A DNA stretch of 64,000 nucleotides from the human T2T-CHM13v2.0 reference genome, Homo sapiens. The stretch lies in NCBI RefSeq assembly GCF_009914755.1, contig NC_060925.1. One strand, written 5' to 3'. The notes below the pieces were generated by a model. It searched no databases and was not told the DNA's origin. It worked only from the letters and a program-made list of their open reading frames with translations. Positions 14,315-29,270 of this stretch are shown here, in pieces. Every line of letters starts with the position of its first letter. Within the stretch, counting starts at the first letter, position 1. Both the position numbers and the translations under genes were made by a program.

Positions 14315-14477
14315 AGGTCATTGGATCCTGAGCCTCTCTGTACCTCAGTGTGGCTTGTTAGAAATACAGAAGACTGAAGCTTCTGATTTGGCAGGTCTGA
14401 AATGAATGCAGGAAATTGTACTTTTTTGAACGTTCCCCCAGATGATTCTGTTTTTAGCCACATTTGAGAACCACTGT
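14315..14477. mobile_element. MER5-family hAT-Charlie DNA transposon
   Basis: GCTTGTTAGAAATACAGA...CCCCAGATGATTCTG...TTTGAGAACCACTG terminus. Confidence 0.75.
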
Positions 14478-14919
14478 ACTAGATTTTAATCTTGTTGAGG
14501 AAGACTAGGTCTTATTCATTTTTTACTCTACAGGGCCTATCACACTATTTGGCCCAAAATAGATTTTCATGAGTATTTAGTACATAGAACTAAAATGTCA
14601 TAATAAGAGCAGAGAAAAACATCAAACTTTAGGAAAATATTAGCTGCATAGTGCCTTGCTGCAAACCCAGGGCAATCTTTGAAAAGAACAATTTCTTAGT
14701 CTGTTCTGGCAGGGGGCAGGGCTGGAAGCCTAGCTTAGAGCTTCTCTTGATTGATTGCCCTGTAACTTGAGGCCTGACTTTGGCCTGAGGGTCAGAGCAC
14801 TGGGTTTACTGACTTGCAAATTATTAAAATACTGTTAAGGAGAAGGCAAGCATTACCAGGGAACTCCATTTTTACAGTGATAGGGTGAGGACCTGCTTTT
14901 CAATGTTAATATACCCATG

Positions 14920-15480
14920 TTAATAATCAAAGAAATGCAAGTAAAAACAAAGATGCTTTCAAGTTAGTAAAAAAAAAATTAAACATTAACAACTAAGGCT
15001 ATTAACACTGTGGCAAAATTAAAATAACCCAACTAATTTGGAAGGCAATTTGGTATTTTATACCAAGACCCCTAAATAGTTCATTTCATTTGACCCAGTG
15101 ATTTCATGCCCATAAATATATCCTAAAAATTACCCAAAAATATACAAAAGGCAACCGCACAAATATGTTAATTGCATAGTAATTTATAACCTTGATGCAG
15201 ATGAAAAGTCCCACAATAAAGGAATAGCCAAGAATGTAAATTGATGCCATTTTAGATAGCCCTTATAAAATGATAGCTGTGAGGTTTGGGTGCCATCTTA
15301 GGAAAAAGCGTATGACATAACGTAAATGAAATAAGATATAATGTAAGTGGAATGTTAAATGGAAAATTTCACATGCATTAGAATTACAACCATGTAAATA
15401 ATAAGCATATTTTAAAAGACTTGAGGGACATGCACAAACATAATTCCTGTGTTTAGATAGTGGTATTAAGAGTGAGTCTT
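14920..15480 (+). mobile_element. Old L1M (L1ME-like) ORF2 3'/UTR fragment
   Basis: TAATAATCAAAGAAATGCAAGTAAAAAC...TTTGGAAGGCAATTTGG...CATTTGACCCAGTGATTTCA. Confidence 0.7.
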
Positions 15481-16499
15481 TCCTCTTTTTCCTGAAGTTT
15501 GTGAGTTGAGTTTGTAGTACTTTAATACTTTAAAATTTAAAAATCATTAAAATACACTCACACTCACACATACACACTAAGGCAGGTGATTGGGTCATAG
15601 CCACAATGAGCAAGTGGTAAAATTTCGGCAAGAATCTAGAGATGCATGCCAGCAGAGTACACTCCCCCTTCCTTCATCCCTCAGAAACCACCACCATACC
15701 ATTCTATCAAAGAACGGCATTTGCTTTTTGTTACACAAATTATTTCAATGTTTAAGGACAAAATGAAACAAAACAGGAAAACCAAATTAACAAGAAAAAA
15801 TTCCCTCTACAACCTTACCCCTGCCCCGCCCCCCACCATTTTCAAGGGTCTTATGTCAGGAGTGTTTTTTGTTTTTGAAAAGTCTTTTCCTGCCTTACTT
15901 GAAAATGGCTTATATCTGCACTACCCAGGTTAATTTTTAGATTTTGCTGGTCTTTTCAAAGACATCTAAGAGAAAGAAGCTCATGGGCTGCGTGTGTAAT
16001 GTTAAATAAGGTCATGCTTGCTGTTGGTCATGATGGCTCCCACATGACAGGGGACTATTTTTAACTGAGACAATTGGTGAATGACTCAGGAAGACCTTCC
16101 AAAGCCAAGTGGCAGCTTGGAGGAATCAAAATTGCTATTAACTGAGGAGAAAATAACTAATGCAGTAGGCTGAAACTGCCCATTTTCTGTTTTCAGTATA
16201 TCTGGCAACCAAATAATACTATAATAAAACAAATTTTAAAAGCCTCACTAGTACAGATATAGGTATGCTGCCAGCTAAATACTTTGTTGCCTTCCTGGTT
16301 CAAAAAATGATTTTGTAGGAAAATAATTTTAGAAAATGTTGAACATAAATACCTCTTTTGGATGTTTACAACATAAGTTTGTATAACAAATGGATGTCAC
16401 AAAAGATTGTTTATGTTTATGGGGGTGGAAGTAAGGGTAGGGAGGCAAAATTTGTAGAATGCATGCTCCCGGGAACACACTTTAGTATATGCTGATCCA

Positions 16500-16620
16500 A
16501 GCTGATACCCTCCTTTTACAGATGAGAAAAATGGAGACCTTGGGAGGTTGAATAAGTTTCTCAAGAGCACCTAGTTTGTGAATGCAAGAACTAGAACTAA
16601 AACCTGATCTATTAGACTTT
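16500..16620 (-). mobile_element. MIR SINE
   Basis: TTTTACAGATGAGAAAAATGGAGAC...CTCAAGAGCACCTAG. Confidence 0.7.
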
Positions 16621-19519
16621 CCACAGCTCTTGATCATATCTAACCCTCACAGTTACTCAGAGTCTACAACTGATGTGTCAATTAACACTGTAACCATTAG
16701 TCTTGTATTTAATTTTCTATTTAAAAATCATTACTCTTCTTGCATTCTCAAATGACCCACACAGCACAAATGTATTTGTTGTTCTTTGAATGGGAGGCAC
16801 TTTATACAGACAGGTCATTTTATTATTATTAAGGTCCTATTCCTGGTAAATCACAGAACTGGACTTTTACTGCCATGTGAAGCTGTCTTTCTTGACTGAT
16901 TTTAAAAGGAGTGAACTCTTTAGTGATGATTAAGGGAATTTCAGGCTGGGGGCTGGCCAGTGGAGGAGGCCTGTCTCTCCTGAGACTAGGTGAAGTGATC
17001 TAAGGAGCAGGAAGGGAAAAGCCCTTGCCTCCTGCTGCAGTAATAGTAAACACAAGACCTTTAACTTTGAAAAGCACTTTACCTTGTGTATCTGAAATGA
17101 CTGCTTTAAATATCTAAGGCACATCCAGTGAGCTAAGTGCAAGAACCCTTATCCAGAAAACTATGTTTGTTTGTTTTTTTTTCCAGGATAACTATCTTTT
17201 TCCATTAAATCTATACTGTGCCTCTTTTTCTTCAAAATTCTCATCCACATCGAGGAGAGCACAGGTCTGAAGGTGTAGTTGAAAATAAGCAGCACATCAA
17301 TTTCATGTTGCCTTTGCTATGGTAAGAGACAGCCTCAAGGGCCAGCTCAATGGCACAGTGTTTCAGCAGCGGGTTTGGGTTAGGGTTTAGGAAAGGTCAC
17401 GTGTCTTTCTTTCAGAGAGGGAAAAAAAAGTTGAAAAGCAGGTCAATAACTCTAGTTATAAGAAGAGTGGCTGCTTCCAGGAAGTGAGTTGCAAGGGCTG
17501 GGGTGTATGGGGGTGGGGAGCGCTCTTAATTTAGATCTAGAGTCATCGTTATGTATTAAGTGCCTGTAGACTTTTGTCTAAATTTTAATAAGCTACCTAT
17601 ATGTTTGGCTGGGTTGATTGAATCCACCTGAATAATTTCCTGCCCATTTCAGCAGCATTAATCATATGTACTGTTTCCTGACACTTTTACTAATGTGGTA
17701 TAGGACATGAACAAAAGCTGTAGTTTCATTCTTTTTGCTGTGCCTAAAATACCCATATGTACTCATATGGATGATTGGCACTTGAAATAGAAAAGAGAGT
17801 ATGTATTTTTATTTTAAATGGCCGGGATATGCAGGTGAACTCTGCTATGAAGGATGTTGGGAAAAGAATTAATTGAGTAATCTAATTAAATGACAGTAAT
17901 CAAAAGATGTCTCACTCAGTTCTCATAAAAATACAATGAGGTCACAGTGTTTGGCATTTTACTGATGAGGAAACAGAAAAAGCTCAAAGAGACTGAATAA
18001 CTTTTCTCAAGGTCACATAATAATAATGACGGCTTCAAAATTAAAATCTAGGTCTGAATCACTTTCACTCTACTCAGCATGTAAAAGTAAATCCCTCCTG
18101 ACTATTCTTTTATCTTTCAGTGAAGATTCTATAAACACTCCAGAAATGCTCAGGACCTCAGATGATTGACCCAAATATCAAATATTGTATCATAGATATG
18201 TTCACATATATACCTATATGAACAATACATATTGTATTATTTTATATTTGTAGAACAAAACTGTTCATTACTGGTTTCATTAGAAGAAATTTATGCTACA
18301 AAAATGTTCAGCATGGGCAAATTCTAGACTGCTCTCTTCGGTATGAAGGTGCAATACTAACTCAGAATTTGATAGCCTTTATGAGTCACTGTGAGACCCT
18401 TGCCTTCAGTAGTAAGGTTAGGATAATAATATTTGATCCTATTTGTGACATCCATAGTCAAAGATGTTATGAAAGTACGTTGGACTCACATGAAAACAAA
18501 ACAAACCTGTTGTGGTAAAAAGCATCCATGACTTTGTCAAGGGACCAGTTTTTGCAGATTTCCCAACCTGGTAAATGTCTTAGGAGTCATGAAAAATGCA
18601 TATAAAAAAGGGGATTAACATTTTGAATGTGCCTGTAGAAATACTTCATATGGGAAAACGTCTTAGTGGTTTTATTGTACTGAATAAAGCCAAAGAAGGA
18701 TTATTTTTACATTAAACCCCTCACCTAACTAGGACCACCTGGTGTACATTGTGTCACATAAACCAGTGATGTCCCAAATCCCCTTCCAAAAGAAAAGTCA
18801 CATTGCAAAGGTTCGCCGTGTTCTAATTAGAAGGCACAGTCAGTTCTCCTTTCATACTCTGGGGGGCTGCATGCTGCAATCTTTCAAAGGCACAAGCTCA
18901 ACCTCTTGGCTGACTAATTTTCCCACTATCTCCCTTTCCTTTTTTCCTGGCTCCTAAAGTGATCATTTAAATATCTTTCCAATGTGTTGAGCCTCTCAAG
19001 AAGCAGTTTCTACACATGTTGACACCTATTGGGTGTAACTGGTGAAAGGGCTTCAGTTTTACTAAAGGGCTTCTACTAGCTTCTGTGAACTCCTTGCTAT
19101 AAAGTGCCACAAGCATTATTAGCAATGACAAATTGGGGGTTTTTGTGAGATTTCTCTTAATAAAAAGAATACCCATTTAGATACTTAAAGCAGTTTGAAC
19201 ATTTCTTAGTTTCCTTTGTACATTTGTAAATTTTATGTATAGTCTACCAGGAAAAATGTATATACACATATTTCCACGTGGTCCTTTAACTTTTAGGAGC
19301 CCATCACTCCATTAATCATTGACATGACCTGTTTCATAATGTCTACTTGCACATACAGCAACAACACTCATTTGCAATATTATCATCAAAATAAATTTTA
19401 AAACCCTAACATTTATGCATATTACAAGTAACCATTAGATGGTGAATCAGTCAACCTCGAAAATCTAAATATTTCAATTTTTTTAAAAGGCAAATTGACT
19501 TCTGATTTGAGATGAATTT

Positions 19520-20170
19520 TACAAATTTGCTGTTAGAAGTCTACAACCACATTTCCTTTGTATGTGTGTGTGTATAGTTGTGGGTGTAGGTGTATGTTCG
19601 TGCGAGTAGGTATATGTGGATTTACCAACTGTTAACATTTTTTTCATATTTACTTACTCTCTCTTCATAAATATACAAATGTATATACATTTATACATAT
19701 ATGTATTTTCTAAACTATTTGTAATTAACATAACTAACATTTATGCATATCGTACTTGGCATTATGTGGTGAAACAGTCAACTTTAAAGTTGTAGACAGC
19801 ATGACACTTCACCCCTAAATATTTCAAACTCTACTTTCTAAGCAAATGACCCACTTCTATGTAATCACAATATCATTATTATACTTAAGAAATGTAACAT
19901 ATTAAAATTTCTCCAATTGTCTCAAGAATGCCTTTTATAACTATTTTTCTAAAATACAGAATTCAATTAAGGATAACATATTACAATTAGTTATATTGTC
20001 TTTTTAGTTTCCTTTAATTTAGAAGAATTCCCTGATGGCTTTTGTCATTCACGACATCACATTTTTGGAGAGTTCAGACAAGTTATCTTGTAGCATGTTC
20101 CACAATCTCCTTATGATTCAGTTCAGGTTAAACCTTTTTGGCAAGAATACTCCATAAATGATGTGGGAAC
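19520..20170 (-). mobile_element. L1MC-like 3' end
   Basis: AAGTTGTAGACAGCATGACACTTCACCCCTAAATATTTC...TTCAGGTTAAACCTTTTTGGCAAGAATAC. Confidence 0.75.
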
Positions 20171-21413
20171 CATAAGTACAGCTTGTGCTGTTTTTGGAGC
20201 ATTCAGAATGAAGATACCATCAACTTCTGCGCCCTTTATGCACAGTTAAGACATCAATCACACATAAGGTATCTCTCTGTCTCTCTTTCTCTCTCTCACA
20301 CAGACACACACATACAAAGTACACACATAAAAATATCAGACTTTAAAAAAAAAATGTTATCTATTTTTAAGCCTGGCCATGGATCCCATGAGAATATTCT
20401 GGAAAGAGATACAAATTGATTATTTCACTGGCCCCAGCCTAGGATGGTTTTTATTAAAGGGAAGGGATTTGGGAAGAGGATTAAGGTGTCTTTAGGCCTG
20501 TGGATGCTGGGTGATAGAAAACCTGAAATCTGTAATGGGACAATATGAGCAAAACAGAACTTGGTCAAAGGAAAGGAAAAGGCAAGGAAGCCGGGGAGTC
20601 GCTGAGAGAAGTGATATGGACCAGGGTGGATTGATAGAAGTCTTTTCAAACTCAATGAATTCTAGAGGCAGTGTTTAGTAAATCTTTTGTTAGTTTACTA
20701 GGGTTTGCCCTTGGCAAGCTTTATCTTTTTGTTTCTAAGAAATAAAAATAGGAAGAGAAGGCTCGAAAAGCCTTTTGGACAGAAAATAGCACTGAGAAAA
20801 ACAATATTTTGATGAGTTAGTGCTAAATGAATTAGAAACATGTGGACTGAATTTCCCTTGAAATACAAATGGATTGAATAATTAATGGAAAAAGCACTTG
20901 GCAAAATGTACTTGAGGTTTTTATTGAACCCGAACCAAAACATTTGAAAATATTTTGAAATATGTGAAAAGTATAATATACATCTGGATTTGCCCAACCC
21001 TACTAAGGATACAGGAAACATTATTTTTATTTAACATTTATATGATAGCTGCAGTGTGCCTCAATCCTAAGGTATTTTTTACAAGAGCCCTATGGTGTAG
21101 GTTATAATTATTATTTTCATTTTTGGCAAGAAATTTCCCAGTACTTGCACAGTGGGCTTCAAGTAGAAGTTTTTATTAGTCTGTGTTTTTTAGAGGTTTT
21201 TGTTCGTAGGAACATTGGACCAGTAGACACAAACCTAGGTCCAAGTCTTGGCTTTACTTCTTATTGACAATCACATTGTATATCTTCTTGGTAGATTTTA
21301 TCATTTTGTAGTTTCTCCCTTTTCTTACTAATATATTTTGATTTAAACACAATTTTTCCAGATAGTACTACTACTATACCAGCTGTCTTTGGTAACTATT
21401 TGCCCAATATATC

Positions 21414-21919
21414 TGTGGTAGGCAGAACAATGACTTCCTAAAGATGTCCACATTCTAATCCCCAGGACCTGTGAATATGTTATAGTATATGGCAAAGGGA
21501 AATCAAGGTAGCAGATGGAATCAAGATTTCTCCTTAAAATAGGGAGATTATTCTGGGTATGCATTCACAAGGACCCTTAAAAGTAGAAGAGGGAGGCAGA
21601 AGAACAGAGTCAGAGAAATAGATGTAATGACAGAAGTAAGTTCAGGATTGTGTGATATGATAAGGACTTAACCCACGTTGCTGTCTTTGATGATGGGGAA
21701 GGGAGATCACAAGCCAAGGAATGTGGGAGGCCCTTTAGAAGCTGGAAAAAGTGAGGAGCCTTGAGAAAGGAAAGCAGTCTTGCTGACCAGTGTCTTGATT
21801 TCAGCTCAGTGCAACCCATTTTGGACTTCTAACCTACACACTAGGAAGGTAACACTTTCGTTTTGTTTAAACCACTAAATTGGTGGTAATTTGTTACAGC
21901 AGCAAAGATAACTAATATA
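21414..21919 (+). mobile_element. MaLR solo LTR, MLT1D-like
   Basis: TGTGGTAGGCAGAACAATG...AAAGATGTCCACATTCTAATCCCC...GGTAATTTGTTACAGCAGC...AACTAATATA, flanked by ATATC on both sides. Confidence 0.9.
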
Positions 21920-22612
21920 TATATCATAACATTCTTCATTTTGAAATATTCTTTGCATATTAATTGTGTCTCTTATAAACAGCATTTAGCTAGTTTCTTA
22001 AAATTAATTTCACCACTTTCTGTCTCTTGGTAGATATGTAACCTGTTCACATTTCTGCAGTTCTTGAGCTTAAACTATTTGTGCCATAGTATTGCTTTTT
22101 AAAGTCTATTTTATTTCCTCTTTTCTACCTTTTGTTGTTTAATCACATTTTTTCTTCCTTTTCCTCTACTAGGTTTTAAAGTTATACAATTTATTTACAT
22201 TATTTTGATGACAATCTTACATTAAAAAACAAAGTCTTTTGAAGTGTGTATAATACACATATAGGAAAATGTACATCAGAGTTATACAGCTATATGAATT
22301 GTCATAAAATAAATACAGACATGTAACCACCATCTTTCAAAGTCTTTTGAAGTGTGTATAATACACATACAGACTTTAAAAAAGTCTTTTGAAGTGTATA
22401 TAATACACATACAGAAAAATGTACATTAGATTTATACAGCTATATGAATTATCATAAAATAAATACAGACATGTAACCACCATCCATGTCAAAAAATAGA
22501 ATATTACTTATACTCCATAAAGTCCCCAGTACCCCTCCCTGTCAGTTCCTCCTTTCCAAGGTACCACTATCATGACTTCTAGTTTTAGCACCTTAAAAAA
22601 AGTGGAATCATA

Positions 22613-22716
22613 GATTGCTTTGAGCCTGGGAGGTGGAGGTTACAATGAGCTGAGATTGTGCCACTGCACTCCAGCCTGGGCGACAGAAACCCTGTCTCAA
22701 ATTAAAAAAAAAAAAA
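22613..22716 (+). mobile_element. 5'-truncated Alu (3' part of right arm)
   Basis: GATTGCTTTGAGCCTGGGAGGTGGAGG...CACTCCAGCCTGGGCGACAG plus A tail. Confidence 0.9.
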
Positions 22717-22910
22717 GTTATTTAAGTATATATTCCTTCTTCCAAGATTAACTTATGTTGTTGTGAATTGCTGTTTTGCATTCATTTCCTTTGCCATAGA
22801 GTGTCATATGTTCACCCAAAGACATGCACACAAATGTTTATAGCAATATAATACTATTCATAATAAGTCCAAAGCGGAAGCAACTTAAATGTCTATCAAC
22901 AGTAAAATGG

Positions 22911-23217
22911 AGCTGGGTGTGGCAGCTCATACCTGTAATCTCAGCATTTTGGGAGGCCGAGGCAAGTGGATCGCTTGAGCCTAGGAGTTGGAGAGCATCC
23001 TGGGCAGCATGGTGAAACCCTGTCTGCATAAAAAAAAATACAAAAATTAGACAGATGTGGTGGCATGCCTAGCAGTCCCAGCAACTCAGGGGGCTGAGGT
23101 GGGAGGATTGCTTGAGCCTAGGAGGTTGAGGCTGCAGTGAGCCGAGCCATGACCACACCACTGCACTCCAGCCTGGGTGACAGGGCGAGATACCGTTTCA
23201 AAAAAACAAAGCAAAAA
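22911..23217 (+). mobile_element. AluJ with TSD
   Basis: Full dimer with GCTTGAGCCTAGGAG J diagnostics. TSD AACAGTAAAATGG (22898) / AACAGTAGAATGG (23216). Confidence 0.95.
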
Positions 23218-23232
23218 CAGTAGAATGGATAT

Positions 23233-23556
23233 GGAGATGCTTAGGATGGGGTTACATTGGATTGACTTGTAAACTGAAAATATCAAGTCAAAAAGGCATT
23301 TAACACGCTTAACCTACCAAACATCAAAGCTTAGCTTAGCCCACCTTAAGTGTGCTTGGGACACTTACATTAGCCTACAATTGGGCAAAATCATATAATA
23401 CAAAGCCTATTTTATAATAAAGTGTCAAATATCTCATGTAATTTATTGAATGGTTATAAGGTACTTAAAGTATCATTTCTACTAAATGCATATCACTTTT
23501 ACACCATTGTAAAGTTGAAAAATCATAAGTCAAACTATCATAAGTCAGGGACCATA
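23233..23556 (+). mobile_element. TcMar-Tigger MITE, MER47A-like
   Basis: ACACTTACATTAGCCTACAATTGGGCAAAATCAT...CAAAGCCTATTTTATAATAAAGTG...CATAAGTCAGGGACC. Confidence 0.85.
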
Positions 23557-26533
23557 TATATATACACTGTGGTACACTCATGACTTCACATTTTAACATG
23601 CAGAATTAGAGTTTAAAGTTAACCAATATCTTTATCTATTCCTAAATAATATAAGGATTGAGGACAGCATACGTCTTTCATATTATTACAGCCTAAAATT
23701 TTAGTTCCACATTTGTTTAAATCCATTCCCCTTGGTCATTATCATTTTTTAACAGATACAAAGTATTTAGATTTAGTAAGTTGTTTACCAATTTCTATGC
23801 TACTTGCACACCTTGTTTTCCAACTCTTTTTTTCCTTTCAGATTAAAATTTCCTTTTGGTAAGGTATAATCTTTTATAATCCTTTTAGCAAAGAACTGGG
23901 GGTAGTAAATGCCGTCTTTTTATGTCTGAAAATGCAATTTTTGTTTGCATTCTTTAACAATGTTTTAGCTGCTTATAGAATTCTAGATGGACAGTTATTT
24001 TTCCTCAGCCCTTTAAATATTCTTATTTTTCTTTAAACCTGTATCTGTTGTTGCTGATGAGAATTCCGTTGCCATTCTAATTGCCATCCCCTTGAGAGTA
24101 ACCTGTTGCTTCTCTCTGATGGCTTTTCGAATTTTTGATGCTCTGTACTTTCACTACAGCCTGTCTAAACGTGGACTTAAATTTATTTATCCTGCTACAA
24201 ACTAAGTGTGCTTTTTCATTGAGGTCACATTTTTCTTTAATTCTGGAAAACCATATCCATGATATTTTCAAAAGTTCATTCTTTATTCTCTTTCATCTTT
24301 CCTTCTGGAATTCAGATGGACAAAACAAATTTCATTTCTTTCTTTTTTGTCTCTTAACTTCTCTTTTATATTTTCCATCCTGTTATTTTTTTCTTGTTGA
24401 ATTTCTGTGTGATTCCCTTACATTTTTCATTTTAACTTGCTAATTCTATCTTCAGTTGTATCTAGTTGTTATTTTAGCCATATATTGAGCTTTTCATATC
24501 AATGATTATTTCTACAATTCTACTTACTAAATTTTCAAATCTACCTTTACTTTCTTTAAAAAATCATCCTGTTTCTATTTTATGTTATATTCATTTCTTT
24601 ATATCTGTGACCATTTTAGACATACTTATAGTTTAATTCAGATTATTCTGTCATCTCTGGTTCTTGGCGTGCAGATTTTCCCTCTTGTAGTAAGCATCTG
24701 CTGTCACTCCAAATGTTGATTCATTTGATCATAAGATTTGTAATTAATGTACTTGCAACATCATCTTCAGCAAAAAATACTTTCTTTTTCTTTTGGAGTT
24801 TTGTATGTCTGGGGTTGGAGGAACATTCCTGTATTTGGTATTCTGTAGGAGCCCTTTGAGTTCCCTGGACTCACTTTAGTTTTCAAATTAATTTTCCAAT
24901 TGTGGGAACTCTAACCATATGAGTACATGAAGCTCACATCCACATACTACACGAGACTGAATTTCTAGTTCTCATACATTTTCCATTTACAACTCCAGGC
25001 AGATTCTTAACTTTCTTGCTGCTCACCTCCTCCCTCTGTCTTGTCTGGGACAGACTCTTGGGACTCTCCTTCTGTGTGGGCATTAAAACTGTAGCTCTCC
25101 AACTTCCCGGTGAGCCCCTCAGAATTAGTATCACTTACTTCTTTGATTTAATAAAACCAAGGAATTCTCTCATCCTTTTGGGTTCCTAGGTATTTTCATT
25201 GTCAAGCTTGGCTCTGTATTTAGTTATCCTTGCTATATTTGGGGAGAGAGAAATTTTTATGCATTCAACATAGGTGAGGATTTTTTAAAAATATCTCTGT
25301 CTGACTGACTGATGAGAAGTCTGACAAATCACTTAATTTTTATGAACACTACATTTCTTAAAGGTAAAAATGGGTGAAAAATACGTATTTTTTTTAATTT
25401 GTATGTTATTAGAACAAAATCATACATTCAAAAATTCTGTTTATTTTCATTGTAAAACACTATACAAATGTGCTATTAAATTAAATTGATATGCCGCATA
25501 TTCAGACTCTTTGGGCAATCACTTTGAATTATGTAGCCGTGAAAGTATATGATTATTTGTTTTGAACTTACTTTAGCATTCAAATGGCTTTATCAGTGTG
25601 GGGAAAGAAGAGAATGGTCTGGTGAAGATATTTCTTCGGCTGTGTGATTGGAGAGGATCCTTTCACATCATGTTGACATGATTAGGGTTATCATGTAGTG
25701 ACATGCAAACTAAAACCAGGAAAGGAATGTTTGTTAACATTATTTGGGAAAAAGTTCCACTAGTGAATGTAGGGAGAGGTAGTAAAACAACGAGCGGAGT
25801 GAAGGAGAGATGTAGCTGGGCAAATGAGTGCAGTTTGTGTGCTCAGGAGACCCTGGGGAAGAGCCCAGCTGTGGTCCATGCTAAGGAAACCATGATTCCA
25901 CCCAGAACCTAAAGCAATGAAATATCAGGGATGGGTTGGCACTTCAAAGCAGCAGAGCAGCATGGAAACTTGGCCACTCCTGGTAGCAATAATAGCCCAG
26001 GCAACACTGAAGTATTCTGAAGACAGGAAGGTAGGTATGGGAAAGATGGAAGCTTGGCAGTCATACCTGTGCTTTATCCCTCCTTAAAGGTCAGGAAAAG
26101 GCTAGGTAAGGTAGAATATCCTGTAAAGCTGGCTGAAGGTAATAGCTATTTTACTATGATCCAACATCTTTAGGTATTTTGAAGCTGTTTTAGCTTGGGA
26201 AAAAACATCCATTTTAATATTGTCATTATCTCATGTTGGCATAAAACTTATTGATCAAATAACTGTCAATGTGCTAGACATTTTGTAAATTATTTCTGAT
26301 CCAATTTGCAGATGAGGACTAAAGCTTCAGAATAACTTCTGATGGAAGTATTATAAATACCATTGTCTTCAGAATATACAGCTGTGAAGACACAGGTCCA
26401 GAGGGCTCAGGTGACTTATATAAGGACCCACCATTACAAGAAGAGGCAGAGCTGGAAGTTAACCTGTGGTGCTTTTTTCATCCAGTGCTGTTTCCAATGT
26501 AAGATTATGCCACTTTTGCCTTTGTTTTCTGTG

Positions 26534-26847
<314 letters not shown>

Positions 26848-26900
26848 CTCTGTGCTGCTCTTGTACAGACCAAGTCTGCGATTAAAAAACAGTTTGTTTT

Positions 26901-28703
<1,803 letters not shown>

Positions 28704-29079
28704 GTCTATTTCTATGATACATTATATCAATGTCTGCAATGTCTGTACTGCCCTTTCCAACCTGCTAGAACCATTCTTTCTGACTCATTATTTTTTTCCT
28801 GTTTCAAAACTTACCTTTTCAATAATCTCAATTAGTTACTATCTTTTATACATAATGTTTCTAAGATAATGGCACCCATTTTACTTATCCACTGTGTGTT
28901 TTGGCTAATAACAGTCAATTCACACAGTCGGTCAGCTGATATGCTTTTCACTCCCCGGTAAAGGTCATGGACACCAAAAGGCTTATGGCATTTTCATAGC
29001 CTCTTTGTACTGAAGGATTTTGGAAGCTTACTGCAGACTCTTTATTTTCTCTCTATCAAAATGCAGTACCCATGATTAT

Positions 29080-29270
29080 AAGCTAAACTCCAGTACAGGG
29101 TTCAAATCCTGGCTATGCCCCTTACTAGCTATGTGACCTTGGACAAGTTTCTTGAACTTTCTGTACAATGGAGATAATAGTAGTATCTGTTGTACAGGTT
29201 GAATGTAATAATGAGTCACTATTTGTAAAGCTCTAGAATGGTGCTTATTATTTAAGTATTAAATGAAATA
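29080..29270 (+). mobile_element. MIR SINE
   Basis: GGGTTCAAATCCTGGCT...CTTACTAGCTATGTGACCTTGGACAAGTT. Confidence 0.85.

Larger units (their letters stand above)
22231..23585 (-). mobile_element. L1M 3' end with an inverted 5' segment (sense from about 22806), interrupted by two Alus and MER47A
   Basis: Antisense L1 3'UTR at 22231-22805, then sense CACCCAAAGACATGCACACAAATGTTTATAGCA...AAATGTCTATCAACAGTAAAATGG. Confidence 0.7.
21330..25200 (-). mobile_element. Long ancient L1M (L1ME-like) ORF2 remnant hosting nested insertions
   Basis: T-rich antisense L1 motifs (TCTCTTATAAACAGCAT; GCTTATAGAATTCTAGATGGACAGTTATTTTTCCTCAGC; GTTGCTGATGAGAATTC) resume on both sides of the younger inserts. Confidence 0.7.
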
